Assembly: GCA_963692915.1 (NCBI GenBank)
Contig: OY843584.1
Span: 960,001-1,024,000 of the forward strand
DNA from: Cenarchaeum sp.
Lineage (GTDB): Archaea; Thermoproteota; Nitrososphaeria; Nitrososphaerales; Nitrosopumilaceae
Direction: 5' to 3'
DNA length: 64,000 bases
The notes under the pieces are model-generated. The model ran no database searches. It had not been told where the DNA came from and saw nothing but the letters and a program-made list of their open reading frames with translations. Position numbers and translations under genes: made by a program. Of the stretch, positions 47,956 through 59,400 are shown one piece after another (within the stretch, counting starts at the first letter, position 1; every line of letters begins with the position of its first letter).

Positions 47956-50895
47956 CTATTGACCCGGCAGCGTGTCAGGACAGCCGTCGGCGTCCATGTA
48001 CCTGTTGACCGTCTCGGCCTCAGTCGGGCACGAGTCGACGCTGTCAGGCACGCCGTCGCGATCAGAGTCCGGCGGTCCTGGCGCGTCGGGGCAGCCGTCC
48101 TGGTCACGATCCCCGTCATAGTCTTCGGCATCAGTCGGGCACGAGTCCCGTGCGTCGACGATGCCATCAGAGTCGGTGTCCACAGTGGGTGGGCCGGCCT
48201 GCTCGATGCCGTCGGGGCAGCCGTCCTGGTCTCGTATGAGGTTGAACGTCTCCTCCTGCAGTGGGCACAGGTCGCGTGAGTTCGGTATGCCGTCACCGTC
48301 GGTGTCATCAACCGTAGAGCGCTCATCAGGGCAGCCGTCCTGGTCGTTGATTCCGTTAAACGTCTCAGGCTGCGTTGGGCACCTGTCGACCGAATCAGGC
48401 ACGCCGTCGTCATCCGAGTCCGCAACCCTTCTCTCGTCTAGTACAGAGTCCGGGCAGCCGTCATCGTCCTCAAACCCGTTGTAGCGTTCAGGCTGGAATG
48501 GGCACGTGTCGACGGTGTCCGGAATCCTGTCAAAGTCAGTGTCCTTGGAGGTGATCGACTCGACCGTATCTGGGCAGCCGTCATCGTCCTGGAAGTTGTT
48601 AAAGAGCTCGCGAATGTCAGGGCACTCGTCTATGATGTCCGGTATGCCATCATAGTCGGCATCGTACGTCTTGCGCTCATCAGGGCAGCCGTCAGAGTCA
48701 AGGTAGCGGTTCCACGTCTCGGCCTCGTTGGGACACATGTCGAGCTCGTCGGGCACACCGTCAGAGTCAGAGTCCGGCGCGGGTATCGTGTCGGGGCAGC
48801 CGTCATCGTCCTCATATCCGTTGGTCGTCTCGGCCTCAAGCGGGCACGTGTCTACAAGGTCGTTAAAGCCATCGCCGTCGGCGTCATTGACGCCGCCAAT
48901 GACCACTTCCTCAGGGCACCCATCGGTGTCATTCACAAGGTTGAACGTCTCAGGCTCGTCTGGACACTCGTCAAGCGCGTTGGGCACACCGTCACCGTCT
49001 GTGTCACCCGTGACTCCTCTGTCAGGGCAGCCGTCGTTGTCCATGTAGCCGTTGCGCGTCTCCGGAATTGACGGGCAGAGATCCAGGCGGTCAGGCAGCC
49101 CGTCACCATCCGAGTCTGGGTTTTGGCTTCGCGAGTTGGCCACAAAGTCAGGGCAGCCGTCGGCGTCCTCAAACTGGTTGTACGTCTCGGCCACGCCGGG
49201 GCAAATGTCAGCCGAGTTTGGTATTCCATCGTTGTCAATGTCAATGATTGGGCTGGAGGCCGGAAGCTCGTCGGGGCAGCCATCAGAGTCAATATACCCG
49301 TTTATGGTCTCGGCCTCTTCGGGGCAGAGATCCATGCGGTCAGACAGGCCGTCAGAGTCAGTATCAAATATGGTGATTGCGTCCGGGCAGCCATCAAGGA
49401 CACCGCCTATTCCGTATGTCTCGGCCTGGTCTGGACACGCGTCCATTGCGTCATGTATGCCATCAGAATCCTCATCTGCAAACGGCACGGCATCAGGGCA
49501 GCCGTCAGTGTCCTCAAACCCGTTGAGCGTCTCGGCGGCTAGCGCGCAGCTGTCAGCAATGTCCGGAATTCCATCATTGTCGGCATCGCGTGGGGACATG
49601 ACGGGAACCGCGTCAGGGCAGCCGTCATCGTCATCGATGAGGTTGTATGTCTCAAACTCCGATGGGCATGCATCGACGCTATCCTCTATACCGTCGCCGT
49701 CGGTGTCCAGCTTGAACGTGCTTTTCTTGTCAGGGCACCCGTCAAGCGATCCTCCAGTGGCAGTCTCGGCTTGGTTTGGGCACAGGTCCAAAAAGTCTGC
49801 AATTCCGTCACCATCAGAGTCATGAACAGTGCTCTGCGTCCCGATAAAGTCGGGGCACCCATCATCGTCCATGTGTCTGTTGTACGTCTCGGGTGAGCTG
49901 ACGCACTCGTCATTAGAATCAAGTATCCCGTCAGAGTCTCTGTCGGCGTCAGTTACGTAGGGAGGTATGTCAGGACATCCGTCAGCGTCCTCAAACCCGT
50001 TGTAGCGCTCAGGCTCGTCGGGACACAAGTCCACGTCATCTGCTATGCGATCACCATCAGAGTCTACGCCTATGCGTGAGGATGTTGCGGGTCGCACGTC
50101 AGGACAACCGTCAGAGTCAAGAAATCGGTTGTATGTCTCGGCGTCATCTGGGCATGCGTCGATCTCGTCATGCACGCCGTCACCGTCACCGTCAGGAAGC
50201 GCGTCGGCCTGTGAATCCGGGCACCCGTCGGAGTCCATGAACCCATTGCGCGTCTCGGCTGCAAGTATACACTGGTCATTCACATCGAGAATGCCGTCAC
50301 CGTCAGAGTCTGGAGCCGACGTCGTTACAAACGCGCCGGTGTTCTCGGGGCACCCGTCGGCGTCATCAATCCTGTTGAACGTCTCCTCGGCTAGCGGACA
50401 CTCATCAAGCGAATTGGGTATGCCATCTCCATCAGTGTCATGGTCGCGCTCTGGATCGTCTGGACAACCGTCTGTGTCCATGTACCCGTTGAGCGTCTCG
50501 GGACGCGTTGGGCACGTGTCGATCCCGTCAGGGATGCCATCATTGTCAGAGTCCGCCGGCGTCGTAGGTCCGGCATTGTCGCTAGCGCTGTCAGGGCATC
50601 CGTCAGAGTCGTCTATCCCGTTGTAGACCTCTACGGAGAGTGGGCACTCGTCATCGACATCTGCTATCCCGTCCCGATCCCTGTCATGCCACTGAACCCT
50701 CGTGGACGGACACCCGTCATCGGCGTCACCACGATGATCCTCGGGCAGGTTGGGGCACATGTCTGACGCGTCTGGCACGCCGTCACGGTCAAGATCTGAT
50801 GCGACCTGTGCGTGCGCTGGGAGGTAGGCCGGCGCGCTAGCCATCACGGATAGCAGCAGGATCACGATGCCTAGCCTACGGCGCACTACTGACAT
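47956..50895 (-). CDS. Secreted thrombospondin type-3-like repeat protein (24 repeats)
   Basis: Signal peptide MSVVRRRLGIVILLL...AHA; same repeat unit; AGTTTAATAA upstream. Confidence 0.9.
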   Translation of the reverse strand: MSVVRRRLGIVILLLSVMASAPAYLPAHAQVASDLDRDGVPDASDMCPNLPEDHRGDADDGCPSTRVQWHDRDRDGIADVDDECPLSVEVYNGIDDSDGCPDSASDNAGPTTPADSDNDGIPDGIDTCPTRPETLNGYMDTDGCPDDPERDHDTDGDGIPNSLDECPLAEETFNRIDDADGCPENTGAFVTTSAPDSDGDGILDVNDQCILAAETRNGFMDSDGCPDSQADALPDGDGDGVHDEIDACPDDAETYNRFLDSDGCPDVRPATSSRIGVDSDGDRIADDVDLCPDEPERYNGFEDADGCPDIPPYVTDADRDSDGILDSNDECVSSPETYNRHMDDDGCPDFIGTQSTVHDSDGDGIADFLDLCPNQAETATGGSLDGCPDKKSTFKLDTDGDGIEDSVDACPSEFETYNLIDDDDGCPDAVPVMSPRDADNDGIPDIADSCALAAETLNGFEDTDGCPDAVPFADEDSDGIHDAMDACPDQAETYGIGGVLDGCPDAITIFDTDSDGLSDRMDLCPEEAETINGYIDSDGCPDELPASSPIIDIDNDGIPNSADICPGVAETYNQFEDADGCPDFVANSRSQNPDSDGDGLPDRLDLCPSIPETRNGYMDNDGCPDRGVTGDTDGDGVPNALDECPDEPETFNLVNDTDGCPEEVVIGGVNDADGDGFNDLVDTCPLEAETTNGYEDDDGCPDTIPAPDSDSDGVPDELDMCPNEAETWNRYLDSDGCPDERKTYDADYDGIPDIIDECPDIRELFNNFQDDDGCPDTVESITSKDTDFDRIPDTVDTCPFQPERYNGFEDDDGCPDSVLDERRVADSDDDGVPDSVDRCPTQPETFNGINDQDGCPDERSTVDDTDGDGIPNSRDLCPLQEETFNLIRDQDGCPDGIEQAGPPTVDTDSDGIVDARDSCPTDAEDYDGDRDQDGCPDAPGPPDSDRDGVPDSVDSCPTEAETVNRYMDADGCPDTLPGQ

Positions 50896-51005
50896 GCAAG
50901 AAGCGGGTCGGCAATTGGGTTATTAAACTTAATACCGAATTCAGGCGTGGGATCGGCCATGTGGCACGATAGGTTAAATTGAAGCGGCACGACCATGGCG
51001 AACCC

Positions 51006-52019
51006 TTGAGTTGCTCCGGCGAGACCGTAGAGCCTGATGGCGTGATCCAGATCGACACGCTCAAGGCAGCAAGCCTGAGGCGGGCAAAGTACGGCATATC
51101 AGACCACGGAACCGTCGGCATCTGCCACTGGACCAAGAGGTCATTTAGGCACCGCGGCACATGCTACAAGCACTCGTTCTATGGCATATCGACGCACAGG
51201 TGCATGGAGTTCTCACCGGCCGGAATGCACTGCCAGAACAGGTGCGTCTACTGCTGGCGGCCAGTGGAGTTTTACGACTCGATGGCCATGGAGCCCTCTC
51301 GCGTGGCGTCTCCCGAGGAGATGATGCGCGGGCTAATGGCCGAGAGGCGCCGTCTCCTCATGGGCCATTACGGTGATGTCGAGTCAGACGCGTCGCTAAT
51401 AGACGAGTCACAGCTGCCAAGCCACTATGCGATATCGCTGTCCGGCGAGCCGACAATGTACCCGCTCCTTCCAGAGCTCATCAGGCACCTAAAGTCACTC
51501 GAGGCGACAAAGTCCGTGTTTCTAGTCACCAACGGGCAGGAGCCCGACATGATTCGCCGTCTGCGCGATGAGGACGCGCTTCCGACGCAGATTTACCTTT
51601 CTGCAAATGCGGCTGATCGTGAGTCGTTCATGCGAATCAACCGTCCGCGCTATGCCGATTCCTGGGAACGCTGGAACGAGACGCTTGGGATCATGGGGGA
51701 GCTTGACACGCGCACCGTGATTCGCGTGACGCTGATACGCAACCACAACACACAGGCCTCAATGCGTGGTGCCTTTGCGCGCATGCTAGACTCCTCGAAT
51801 GTTCACTTTGTGGAGACAAAGTCATACATGCATATCGGACGCTCTACGGGGAGGCTAGAGCGCGAAAACATGCTAGAGATGGACGAGGTTCGTGAGTTTG
51901 CATCAGACATGGAGTCATATGGCGTGTTTGGGCACATGGATGAGAGTGAGATATCGAGGATCGTCGTTATGCAGAACCGTCGTCGTCCTATTGAGCGCAT
52001 GATTGAGGCGTACGCGTAA
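51006..52019 (+). CDS. taw1: 4-demethylwyosine synthase (radical SAM, TYW1/Taw1)
   Basis: CHW, CYKHSFYGISTHRC, CQNRCVYCWR, SLSGEPT, VTNG. Confidence 0.95.
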   Translation: MSCSGETVEPDGVIQIDTLKAASLRRAKYGISDHGTVGICHWTKRSFRHRGTCYKHSFYGISTHRCMEFSPAGMHCQNRCVYCWRPVEFYDSMAMEPSRVASPEEMMRGLMAERRRLLMGHYGDVESDASLIDESQLPSHYAISLSGEPTMYPLLPELIRHLKSLEATKSVFLVTNGQEPDMIRRLRDEDALPTQIYLSANAADRESFMRINRPRYADSWERWNETLGIMGELDTRTVIRVTLIRNHNTQASMRGAFARMLDSSNVHFVETKSYMHIGRSTGRLERENMLEMDEVREFASDMESYGVFGHMDESEISRIVVMQNRRRPIERMIEAYA

Positions 52020-52563
52020 ACCAGGCGGCAAACTTTTCTAGCGCGGCTGCCCTGTGTGACACGTCATTCTTGTTGCGCATCTGCGCATATGTCTCCTCAA
52101 ATCCATCCGGAACAAAGATTGGGTCATATCCCCACCCGTCACCGCGCTCAGTCTCAGATATCATGCCGCGCACGCATGACTCGAATATGCGCGGCTCTGG
52201 AGTGTGCGGTTCGGCATACGCAACGGCCGCACAAAAGCTTGCGCTGCGACCCATCTGTCCCAATGCGCGAAGCACGCCGGCGCAGCCTATAGTGCCGTAG
52301 ACAAATGCCGAATAGGGGCCCGGAAAGCCGCCGAGCGCATCAACGAACAGGCCCGCGTCCTCCACTATAACGGGGCGCGCGCAGAGCGAGAGTGCGCCTG
52401 TGGCCTTTTTTGCCGCAATGGCACCTAGTGAGTCAGACTGGATCTCCTCAAGGTCACACTCGAGATGGCCAAGGTCCACGCCGTGGCGCGCAAGTATCAC
52501 GCGCGCCTCATCATACTTTTTTCTGTTTGATGAGGCAAGAAGGAGCTCACGTGACTGTCGCAT
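51988..52563 (-). CDS. rdgB: dITP/XTP pyrophosphatase (RdgB/HAM1)
   Basis: SSNRKK, EDAGL..DALGGFPGPYS, GWGYDPIF, SHR. Confidence 0.93.
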   Translation of the reverse strand: MRQSRELLLASSNRKKYDEARVILARHGVDLGHLECDLEEIQSDSLGAIAAKKATGALSLCARPVIVEDAGLFVDALGGFPGPYSAFVYGTIGCAGVLRALGQMGRSASFCAAVAYAEPHTPEPRIFESCVRGMISETERGDGWGYDPIFVPDGFEETYAQMRNKNDVSHRAAALEKFAAWFTRTPQSCAQ

Positions 52564-53167
52564 ATCGCCCCCTCCGCTCAATGTCAGCAACTATGCCCAG
52601 CACGCGCGTAAAGCGCGCCCTGCCAAGGGCAGGCCCGTATGATGACACAAAGGCATCCCATGACGAGTCGACATCATCGGCATGGACGCTGTTTAGAACC
52701 TCCCTGAACAGGCGCAGGTCCACGGCGCAGTCCTCATCGCGCACTGATCTAGAGGAGAGGCCCAGGTCGATCACAAATGTCCTCCCGCGCGATACGATAA
52801 AGTTTGACGTGGTCATGTCACCGTGAACTACGCCGTTGCTGTGGAGCCTTGCGGCGATGAGTCCAATCTCGGCACATGCCGACTTTAGGCGCGCAGCGCG
52901 CATTGTGCCGACGATCGTGCCGCGTATGCGCTGCATGACTATGCGGTGGCGTCCAACGTCGAGATCCAGGACTAGTGGGGCCGCGACGCCAAATTCCTTG
53001 ATCGTCGAGATCATCTGCGCCTCGCGGATCGTGCGAGACCTGCGTATCCGCGCATCAAGGCGCGCATTGATGTACTTTCGTGGCCTGCGCGCCTTTAGGA
53101 TCGCCGGACGCCCCTCATGCGACGTGGCATAGATGTCAGCCTCTGCGCCCCTACAAAGCAGCCTCAT
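52547..53167 (-). CDS. bud32: KEOPS kinase Bud32
   Basis: GAEA, HGDMTTSN, IDLGL, AVDL, RGRY. Confidence 0.93.
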   Translation of the reverse strand: MRLLCRGAEADIYATSHEGRPAILKARRPRKYINARLDARIRRSRTIREAQMISTIKEFGVAAPLVLDLDVGRHRIVMQRIRGTIVGTMRAARLKSACAEIGLIAARLHSNGVVHGDMTTSNFIVSRGRTFVIDLGLSSRSVRDEDCAVDLRLFREVLNSVHADDVDSSWDAFVSSYGPALGRARFTRVLGIVADIERRGRYATVT

Positions 53168-53203
53168 TGCAGCAGTTCGGTCGACACGGGCAATTTAACG
53201 ATT

Positions 53204-56200
53204 CTAGCGGCGCTGCGGCGCATAACGCGTGCGAGCACGTCGCACAAGCTCGCCGAGTGCCCACAGTGGGGACACGCCACCGGTGTGCCGCAGGCGCCGC
53301 CAGATCACAAGGGCAGCCATTGTGGCCAGGGCCATGGCCAGCGCGCCAGAATAGTCCTGGCGGTATGACGCGTGAACCTCAGTGTCGCCGCTGGCGACAA
53401 AGCGTGCAATGTTGTCCTCGTGTGTGGCACTGTCCGGAAGGGCATCCCAGCGCTCAAAGACGCTGTATGCAAGGAACGGCACGATCTCTGTGGGCTCGGC
53501 GACGAGCTCGACGCTTGTGCCGTACGCGTGAACGCCGGCGCCAGAGACTCCGCGAGTGGCGCTTACCGTAACGCTGCCCTCATAGACTGCGCGCACGACC
53601 ATGTCGCCGCTAGCCGAAAAGTGGACGCTGTCGCCGCCGTACTCACGGCCGTTGACCGTTGTGCCGGACAGGACGTAGCCCCCGCCGTGCTCGTGCGGAA
53701 ACTGGATCTCGACGGAGGCGATATTCCCGTACTCTCGGCTCCACGGGAGCGCTATTGTGGACTCGGTTGTGCCCGAGTCATGCGCGTGCGCTACAAGGCG
53801 CACGCCCTCAATGGCAAGACGCTCACCGTCTGTTCCGGCCGCCGAGACGTCTAGGAGCGCATACTCTTCGGCAGTGACGTGGATTGTCTCGTGCGAGGGC
53901 TCGTACCCGCGCTTTGATGCGGATATCGTGACCGGGAATGTGCCCGGCACGTCGGCAGTCACGTCTATTGACGGCGAGTCGCCCACTTGTGCCCACGGGA
54001 TTGTGGAGCTCACGTCAATGTCAATGTCATCTGCTGCTGTAATGACATCAATGCGAAACGGCACGCCTGTTCGCGCAGTGGCCGCCGAGGCACGCACATC
54101 AAGGCCAAGCACGTTTGAGAACACGCTGATTGAGCGCTCATGGGCGCCGTGATCCGCCAAGACGGACATTGTGATCTCACCGGCGCGCTGGGCGCTCATG
54201 CGGTGCGTGTCCCAGTACGCCTCAATGCCGCTTGCTGCAATCTCTGTGGAGTCTACAGTTGAGAGGGGCGTGCCAAGTGAGTCGACAAGGTGCATCGCAA
54301 ACGGAAACTCTTCGTGCAGGTGAACGCGCGGGGGGATGTCAAGGGCCACGCCGGCGACAGTGCCCGGAAGCGAGATCTCGGCAGTCCCGCGCCCAAGTCC
54401 CTGTGCCGTAGCGGTGATCGTCGTGCCGACCCCAAGGTCAGCACGAAGACGTGCCGAGTCGTCCACTATCATCAGGGTGCGCTCGACGAGTCCGTCTCCG
54501 GCCACGGTCACCTCCTTTGGGCGCCCAAAGGCCCCGCGTGCGTCAATTAGGGTGCCGTCTGCATCGTGTATGGATACTAGCGCAATGTCCTGCACGCCGC
54601 CGCCCGGCGCTATGCGCAGAGGCTCGATGTGCAGCTCATACTCGCCAGAGTTTGGCGGGATTGCGCTAAAGTTTGCCAGTGACGTCCCGACGTTCGTTGC
54701 AGTAGCCGCGAGCGTATAGTTTCCCACATCATGCGCCACAATCCCATAGCTGGCCGCAAATGATCGAATCGTCCCCTGCGTGAGCTCCACAGTCGCGTCA
54801 TACTCGGTGCCCGGTGGGGATACGGATAGCGACACTCGCCGGCCGTCAACTTCCATCGGGTGTCGCAGTGTAAAACACGCTCCTTCCGCTTCACGGCCGT
54901 CTCCACACGCAATGTCTGCGCTCGTGCCCTCCATCTCTCCAATCGAGGACGCACACGCGCCGCGCGCATCCGTATCATGGTATGGGGAAATCATAATGCT
55001 TGCCGCACCTGAGGTCACAAGCGGATGAACCCATGCTCGTATCGAGTTGACATTGGCGTCCGGACGCGCCGTTGCGCATGCAGCCGGGACAGGCTCAATG
55101 TTGACATCACTCATGGCTGCAAGCCCGCCAAGATCGCCGATATTGTCCAAGTATGCCGAACCGACCACAATCCGGCCAGTCGCCGTCCCGACGTCGGGAA
55201 CCGACACGGTTATTGTGGCCACGCCGGCTCCGCGCGTGTACACGAGTCCGCTTGCCACGCCGTTGCGCATGTAAAGTGCGGCGTGTTCAGAGTTCTCAGA
55301 GGCGACTGGCAAAAACCCCGCCACGGCCGTGTTGTCTGTGTGAACATTCCCAACGAGCACACCGGGATGCGCGTACGGGCGGCCTCCCTCCTCGAGCCAC
55401 GCGTGATACGTTGCATGGCTGCTCTCGCCGGCCGGACTTGGGGCGACTTCCATGCTGATGTCCACGTCGCGCGTAACCTTTGCAATCTCGGCACTGGCCG
55501 ACTCGAGCCCTCCGGTGTGCGCACGAAGCGTGCCGTTGCCGTACACGCGCAGGGCAAACCTGGCGTGAAACTCGTCCTCGGGTATCACGGCCTCAGCGGG
55601 GGACACTAACGCACTGTCTGACTCTAGGCGAACCGTCGTCTCTGCGGGGACGCGAGTCGGCGTGCCGTTGGAATCGAGCGCAAAGACGTACGCCGTGACG
55701 CTGCCTGACATTGTCCTGTTTGAGGCAAGGATCACCTCGAGCCTCGAGGGGACGCTCTTTTGCGAGTATATGCGCGACTCGGCGCTGACTAGGGGGCCGT
55801 TGATCGACGCAAATACGCCCACGGCATCCCTTCCGGCCGCAAGCGGACGCAGCTCAAAGATTGCGTGGTTGTCCCCTGCCTGCACAGTCGCCTCGCGCTC
55901 TACTGCAAGTGCGGCAGGATCACTAGACGTGATGAGTATGCGCGCACCCTGTGCATGCGCGTCCTCGGTCACGACGATGCCCTCGTACGTCCTGCCCTCG
56001 AGCATCGCCGGCGGTATCCACAACGATGCTCGCGCCGGTGCGCTGTCAGCCTGCGCCGCAGTGAGCGCAAACTGTCCGGTCGTGGACAGGTGGCCCTCGG
56101 CCTCGGCATCAACGCGCAGCGTCATTGCTCCAGGTTCAGCAGAGCCCCACTCGATCGCAAACGTGCCGTCATCTAGCGCCGTGGCCTCGCCGCATGTGCA

Positions 56201-56446
56201 GTATGCCCCACCGGGGGCGCCGACGAGCTCTAGGCCAAGCTTTGCGCCGGCGACCGGAGAGCTGCCCGAGACTGCGCTGATGGTCAACGTCTGCGGATCA
56301 GAGCCCACGACATGCGAGCGCGAACCGGCGACTGTCACCGAGAGCGGCAGGTCTGCGCCATCGACCTCGTCCTGCGCGAGTGCCACCGGAGCCACACACA
56401 GGAATGCCACGAGTGCTGCTCGCGCAATGTGTGGCGCCCTAGCCAA
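53204..56446 (-). CDS. Large surface protein (signal peptide, Ig-like beta repeats, C-terminal TM anchor)
   Basis: ALA signal peptide; beta-rich modules; InlB-B-like GAGVHAYGTSVELVA...FERW; TM helix followed by WRRLR. Confidence 0.75.
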   Translation of the reverse strand: MARAPHIARAALVAFLCVAPVALAQDEVDGADLPLSVTVAGSRSHVVGSDPQTLTISAVSGSSPVAGAKLGLELVGAPGGAYCTCGEATALDDGTFAIEWGSAEPGAMTLRVDAEAEGHLSTTGQFALTAAQADSAPARASLWIPPAMLEGRTYEGIVVTEDAHAQGARILITSSDPAALAVEREATVQAGDNHAIFELRPLAAGRDAVGVFASINGPLVSAESRIYSQKSVPSRLEVILASNRTMSGSVTAYVFALDSNGTPTRVPAETTVRLESDSALVSPAEAVIPEDEFHARFALRVYGNGTLRAHTGGLESASAEIAKVTRDVDISMEVAPSPAGESSHATYHAWLEEGGRPYAHPGVLVGNVHTDNTAVAGFLPVASENSEHAALYMRNGVASGLVYTRGAGVATITVSVPDVGTATGRIVVGSAYLDNIGDLGGLAAMSDVNIEPVPAACATARPDANVNSIRAWVHPLVTSGAASIMISPYHDTDARGACASSIGEMEGTSADIACGDGREAEGACFTLRHPMEVDGRRVSLSVSPPGTEYDATVELTQGTIRSFAASYGIVAHDVGNYTLAATATNVGTSLANFSAIPPNSGEYELHIEPLRIAPGGGVQDIALVSIHDADGTLIDARGAFGRPKEVTVAGDGLVERTLMIVDDSARLRADLGVGTTITATAQGLGRGTAEISLPGTVAGVALDIPPRVHLHEEFPFAMHLVDSLGTPLSTVDSTEIAASGIEAYWDTHRMSAQRAGEITMSVLADHGAHERSISVFSNVLGLDVRASAATARTGVPFRIDVITAADDIDIDVSSTIPWAQVGDSPSIDVTADVPGTFPVTISASKRGYEPSHETIHVTAEEYALLDVSAAGTDGERLAIEGVRLVAHAHDSGTTESTIALPWSREYGNIASVEIQFPHEHGGGYVLSGTTVNGREYGGDSVHFSASGDMVVRAVYEGSVTVSATRGVSGAGVHAYGTSVELVAEPTEIVPFLAYSVFERWDALPDSATHEDNIARFVASGDTEVHASYRQDYSGALAMALATMAALVIWRRLRHTGGVSPLWALGELVRRARTRYAPQRR

Positions 56447-59400
56447 TTATTATGCTCCCGCCGTGTATGTTTGCCGTTGCGCTCGCGTCACTTGACACGT
56501 GCGTGCGAATCGTCCCCGTGCCGCACCATGTTCTTCCTTCCGGTGACGGAAATGCGCTCTCGGCGTATATGTTGGCGTGTATGTAAAACTCCACAAAGTC
56601 TCCAGGGCTGACATTGCTGACATTGACCGTGTTGCTGATTGTTGTCCTATCATACGTGAATGTCGTCTTTGTGCTTCCATTTCCGTTGGCCAGTACCTTG
56701 CTAGTCGCCGAGATTTCAGGCGCATAGTTGCTCATGCGCTCGCTTTCATAGACAAGATCGCCATTCCTGTATGCTGCGACCCAGCCCGTTAGTGGATCGC
56801 GCGCGCACCGCGGCATCTGCGACTCCCTGTGCGTGTGCTCAATGTGCGCATGTCCGGACACCGTGCCGCTAACTATGGCAAGTATTGGCCTGTCTGATGT
56901 CGCAATAGTGTATGCTGATGCGCCTGCTGAGGCATCAATGTGATCGATCGGCTGCTCAAAGGAGACGCGTGACACGGTGCTAGTCGAGGACGGAATCACC
57001 CTCACGTTGCTGCCACCGAGCACGTCAGAGTAGCGCAAGACCGCATCAACACCGTTTACCTTCATGTGTATGGAAAAGTATCCCGGCACCACCGGAACCC
57101 ACATGCGACCCTCGTCATCCTCGCTTGCCGAATACTCGCCGTCAAGGTACTCAAGGCGCATGGCCGTGCCATCCCTTGCGCGAACCTCAACGTCGCTGAC
57201 AGTCACGCTGCCGGCCACGGGTATCTGGGCCCATGTGTGAACCGTGTAGATGTGATCCTCTGGCGTCGCGATCCTCATGCTCTTGCCGGCTCGCGGGTCA
57301 AAGATGATCGTGCTAAAGCTTCCGCGATACGACGCAGCGTCCGGATACGTGTGTAGCGTGAATGACTCTGGCATGGACTCGATGAACGGAATCGTGCCAT
57401 GCTTTGTGGTAAATCCGAAATGGAGCGTCTTGCCGTCGATCGCAAACCTGTATGGGACAGAGGGCGCCAGGCCCACAATGCCCTCATCTGAGACGGCATC
57501 AAGCGTGACTGTCGAGCCGCGGGTATGAACCAACGCGTAGAGGTTCCGCGCATAGACACTGTCACGCTCTGGCATCTCCACCCTGTGCGCAGCAGAGTCC
57601 GAGGAGATGACGGTATCCACGACGTATTGCCGCTCGGCAATGACACAGAGCGTGTCGCCCCACGTGAATATGGCAGTGCTTTGCGCCCAGGAGGTCTGTG
57701 GGTGGCGCTCGATTGACGTGCTGTTGGAGCTCTTTGTGGTCAGCGTGTTGAACTTTATTCCCGCCAGGCTAGCATAGTCGTCATTTCCTCCCGTGCCCTC
57801 GGTAAACATCATGGACGGCACACCATAATGCGTGTGAACCTTCCTGAGAAAATAATCAGACGAGGGGTTATTTAGCGCAAAGCGCTCCTCGCCCGAGTTG
57901 GACGCAATGGCGTGTGCAGGTGCCGTAATGTAGACGTCAGGGTAGGACGTGGCATAGCGCTCAAAGGCATAGCCGATCGGGGTGCCATAGGAAAAGCGCT
58001 TGTTAGTCAAGGTCAATGGCTCATCAAGCGTGACGCCGGAATTCGCAATGATGTTGTCACTGCCCTTTTGGATCACGTGCATACGCGATTCGAGCGTGGG
58101 CTCATACGCCACATGGAACCGTGCGCCGTCACGCAGCAGCAGTCCAGTGCCCGGAAAGGCCATGGATGTCGAATTGTGCTGAATCTCGTACTGTCCCGGA
58201 TGCTCATAGTATGGAAACTGTGTGCCAAGGAGTGGGAGGCTATATCGATGATCCTCGGGATGCGATATGTCGTGTGAGTGTGCGCGCGAGTACGGGTGCG
58301 ATGCGGGGAGATGGTGGCTAAAACCCCAGTATTCGGCGTGCAGCTCTCTCATCGGCGTCGCGCTCTCCTTGGAGTACGTAATAGTGTCCTTGGAGATGCT
58401 TGATGTGGGCAGCGTTCCCGCATAGATCAAAGAGTTTTCTGGCTTGTTGACGTCAATGATCCATCCTGTCGAAATTGCGATCGGAGATTCTTTAAGGTGA
58501 TCTTTTGGATTGGCCTTCCACGCGAGTCCACCACATTGCCCCTTTAGCTGCGCAATGCTTATCGTGTCAGCAAGCGTGGCGTACGGGGACGTGAGTATCT
58601 CCACGCTTCCACCGCCAAGTGTGGCGTTGAAGAGCAGCGTCTTGCCAAGCATTGCCGAGTCGAGCTTTAGGAGCGCGCTCTGGCCGCCTGAGACGGTCGT
58701 GGTTCCCCCCTCCGAGCTCACCGTGGCGCTCCCGCGCGAGGCAGTATAGGAGGCGAGATCCGGCTTTGTGGTGTTCCTCGCCGTGCCGTCTGGCGCAACG
58801 GTGATGAGCGCCTTGCTCGAGTATCCCGATATTGCAGTCGATGTCCTTGTGTCCGAGTCAAGCAGGAGCGACGCAAAGTTCGGCGCGGCCTCTGTTGCGT
58901 CCACGTCCACTTCAATATGCGGCCTGAGCGAGGCTATGTTGATCCACGTGTCCGAGCCGTATATGACGTGGCCAGAGTGCTCGGCCTGCTCGAGTCGGCT
59001 TCCAATGCCCATGCCGCTCACCGTCTCCCTTGCGGGGTTTGCCGGGCCTGACGTGTCGATCTCGGCGCCAAACGTGTTGCCCATGCGTGTAACGGCGACA
59101 ATTGAGACGCTGCCGTTCACGTCCTCAGGCACGTCATAGCCGATGCTCGCCTCGCCAAATCCCGCAAGCGGCATCCGGCCGGCAAACTCGGGCAGGCGCG
59201 CGACTGTCCCGTTTTGGAGCATCGACCTGACCTCGATGATCTCCACGGGATCGGCGCGCTCGTTGCTGACATGAACCGTGTATGACCGGCCGTCGCCTCC
59301 CGTCACTCCAACGCCGAGGCTCTCGTGAACCGCGCGTCTCTGCGAGTCAGCCGCGTCGGCTGCGCGCCTATTGTACTCGTCGACGCCCTCGAGGTGCGCA

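Noticed and set aside
43184-50895. TCAGGGCAGCCGTC recurring about every 120 bp, CRISPR-like
   Set aside because: It is the antisense of the DGCPD codons in TSP3 repeats; degenerate at wobble positions, inside long ORFs, no cas genes
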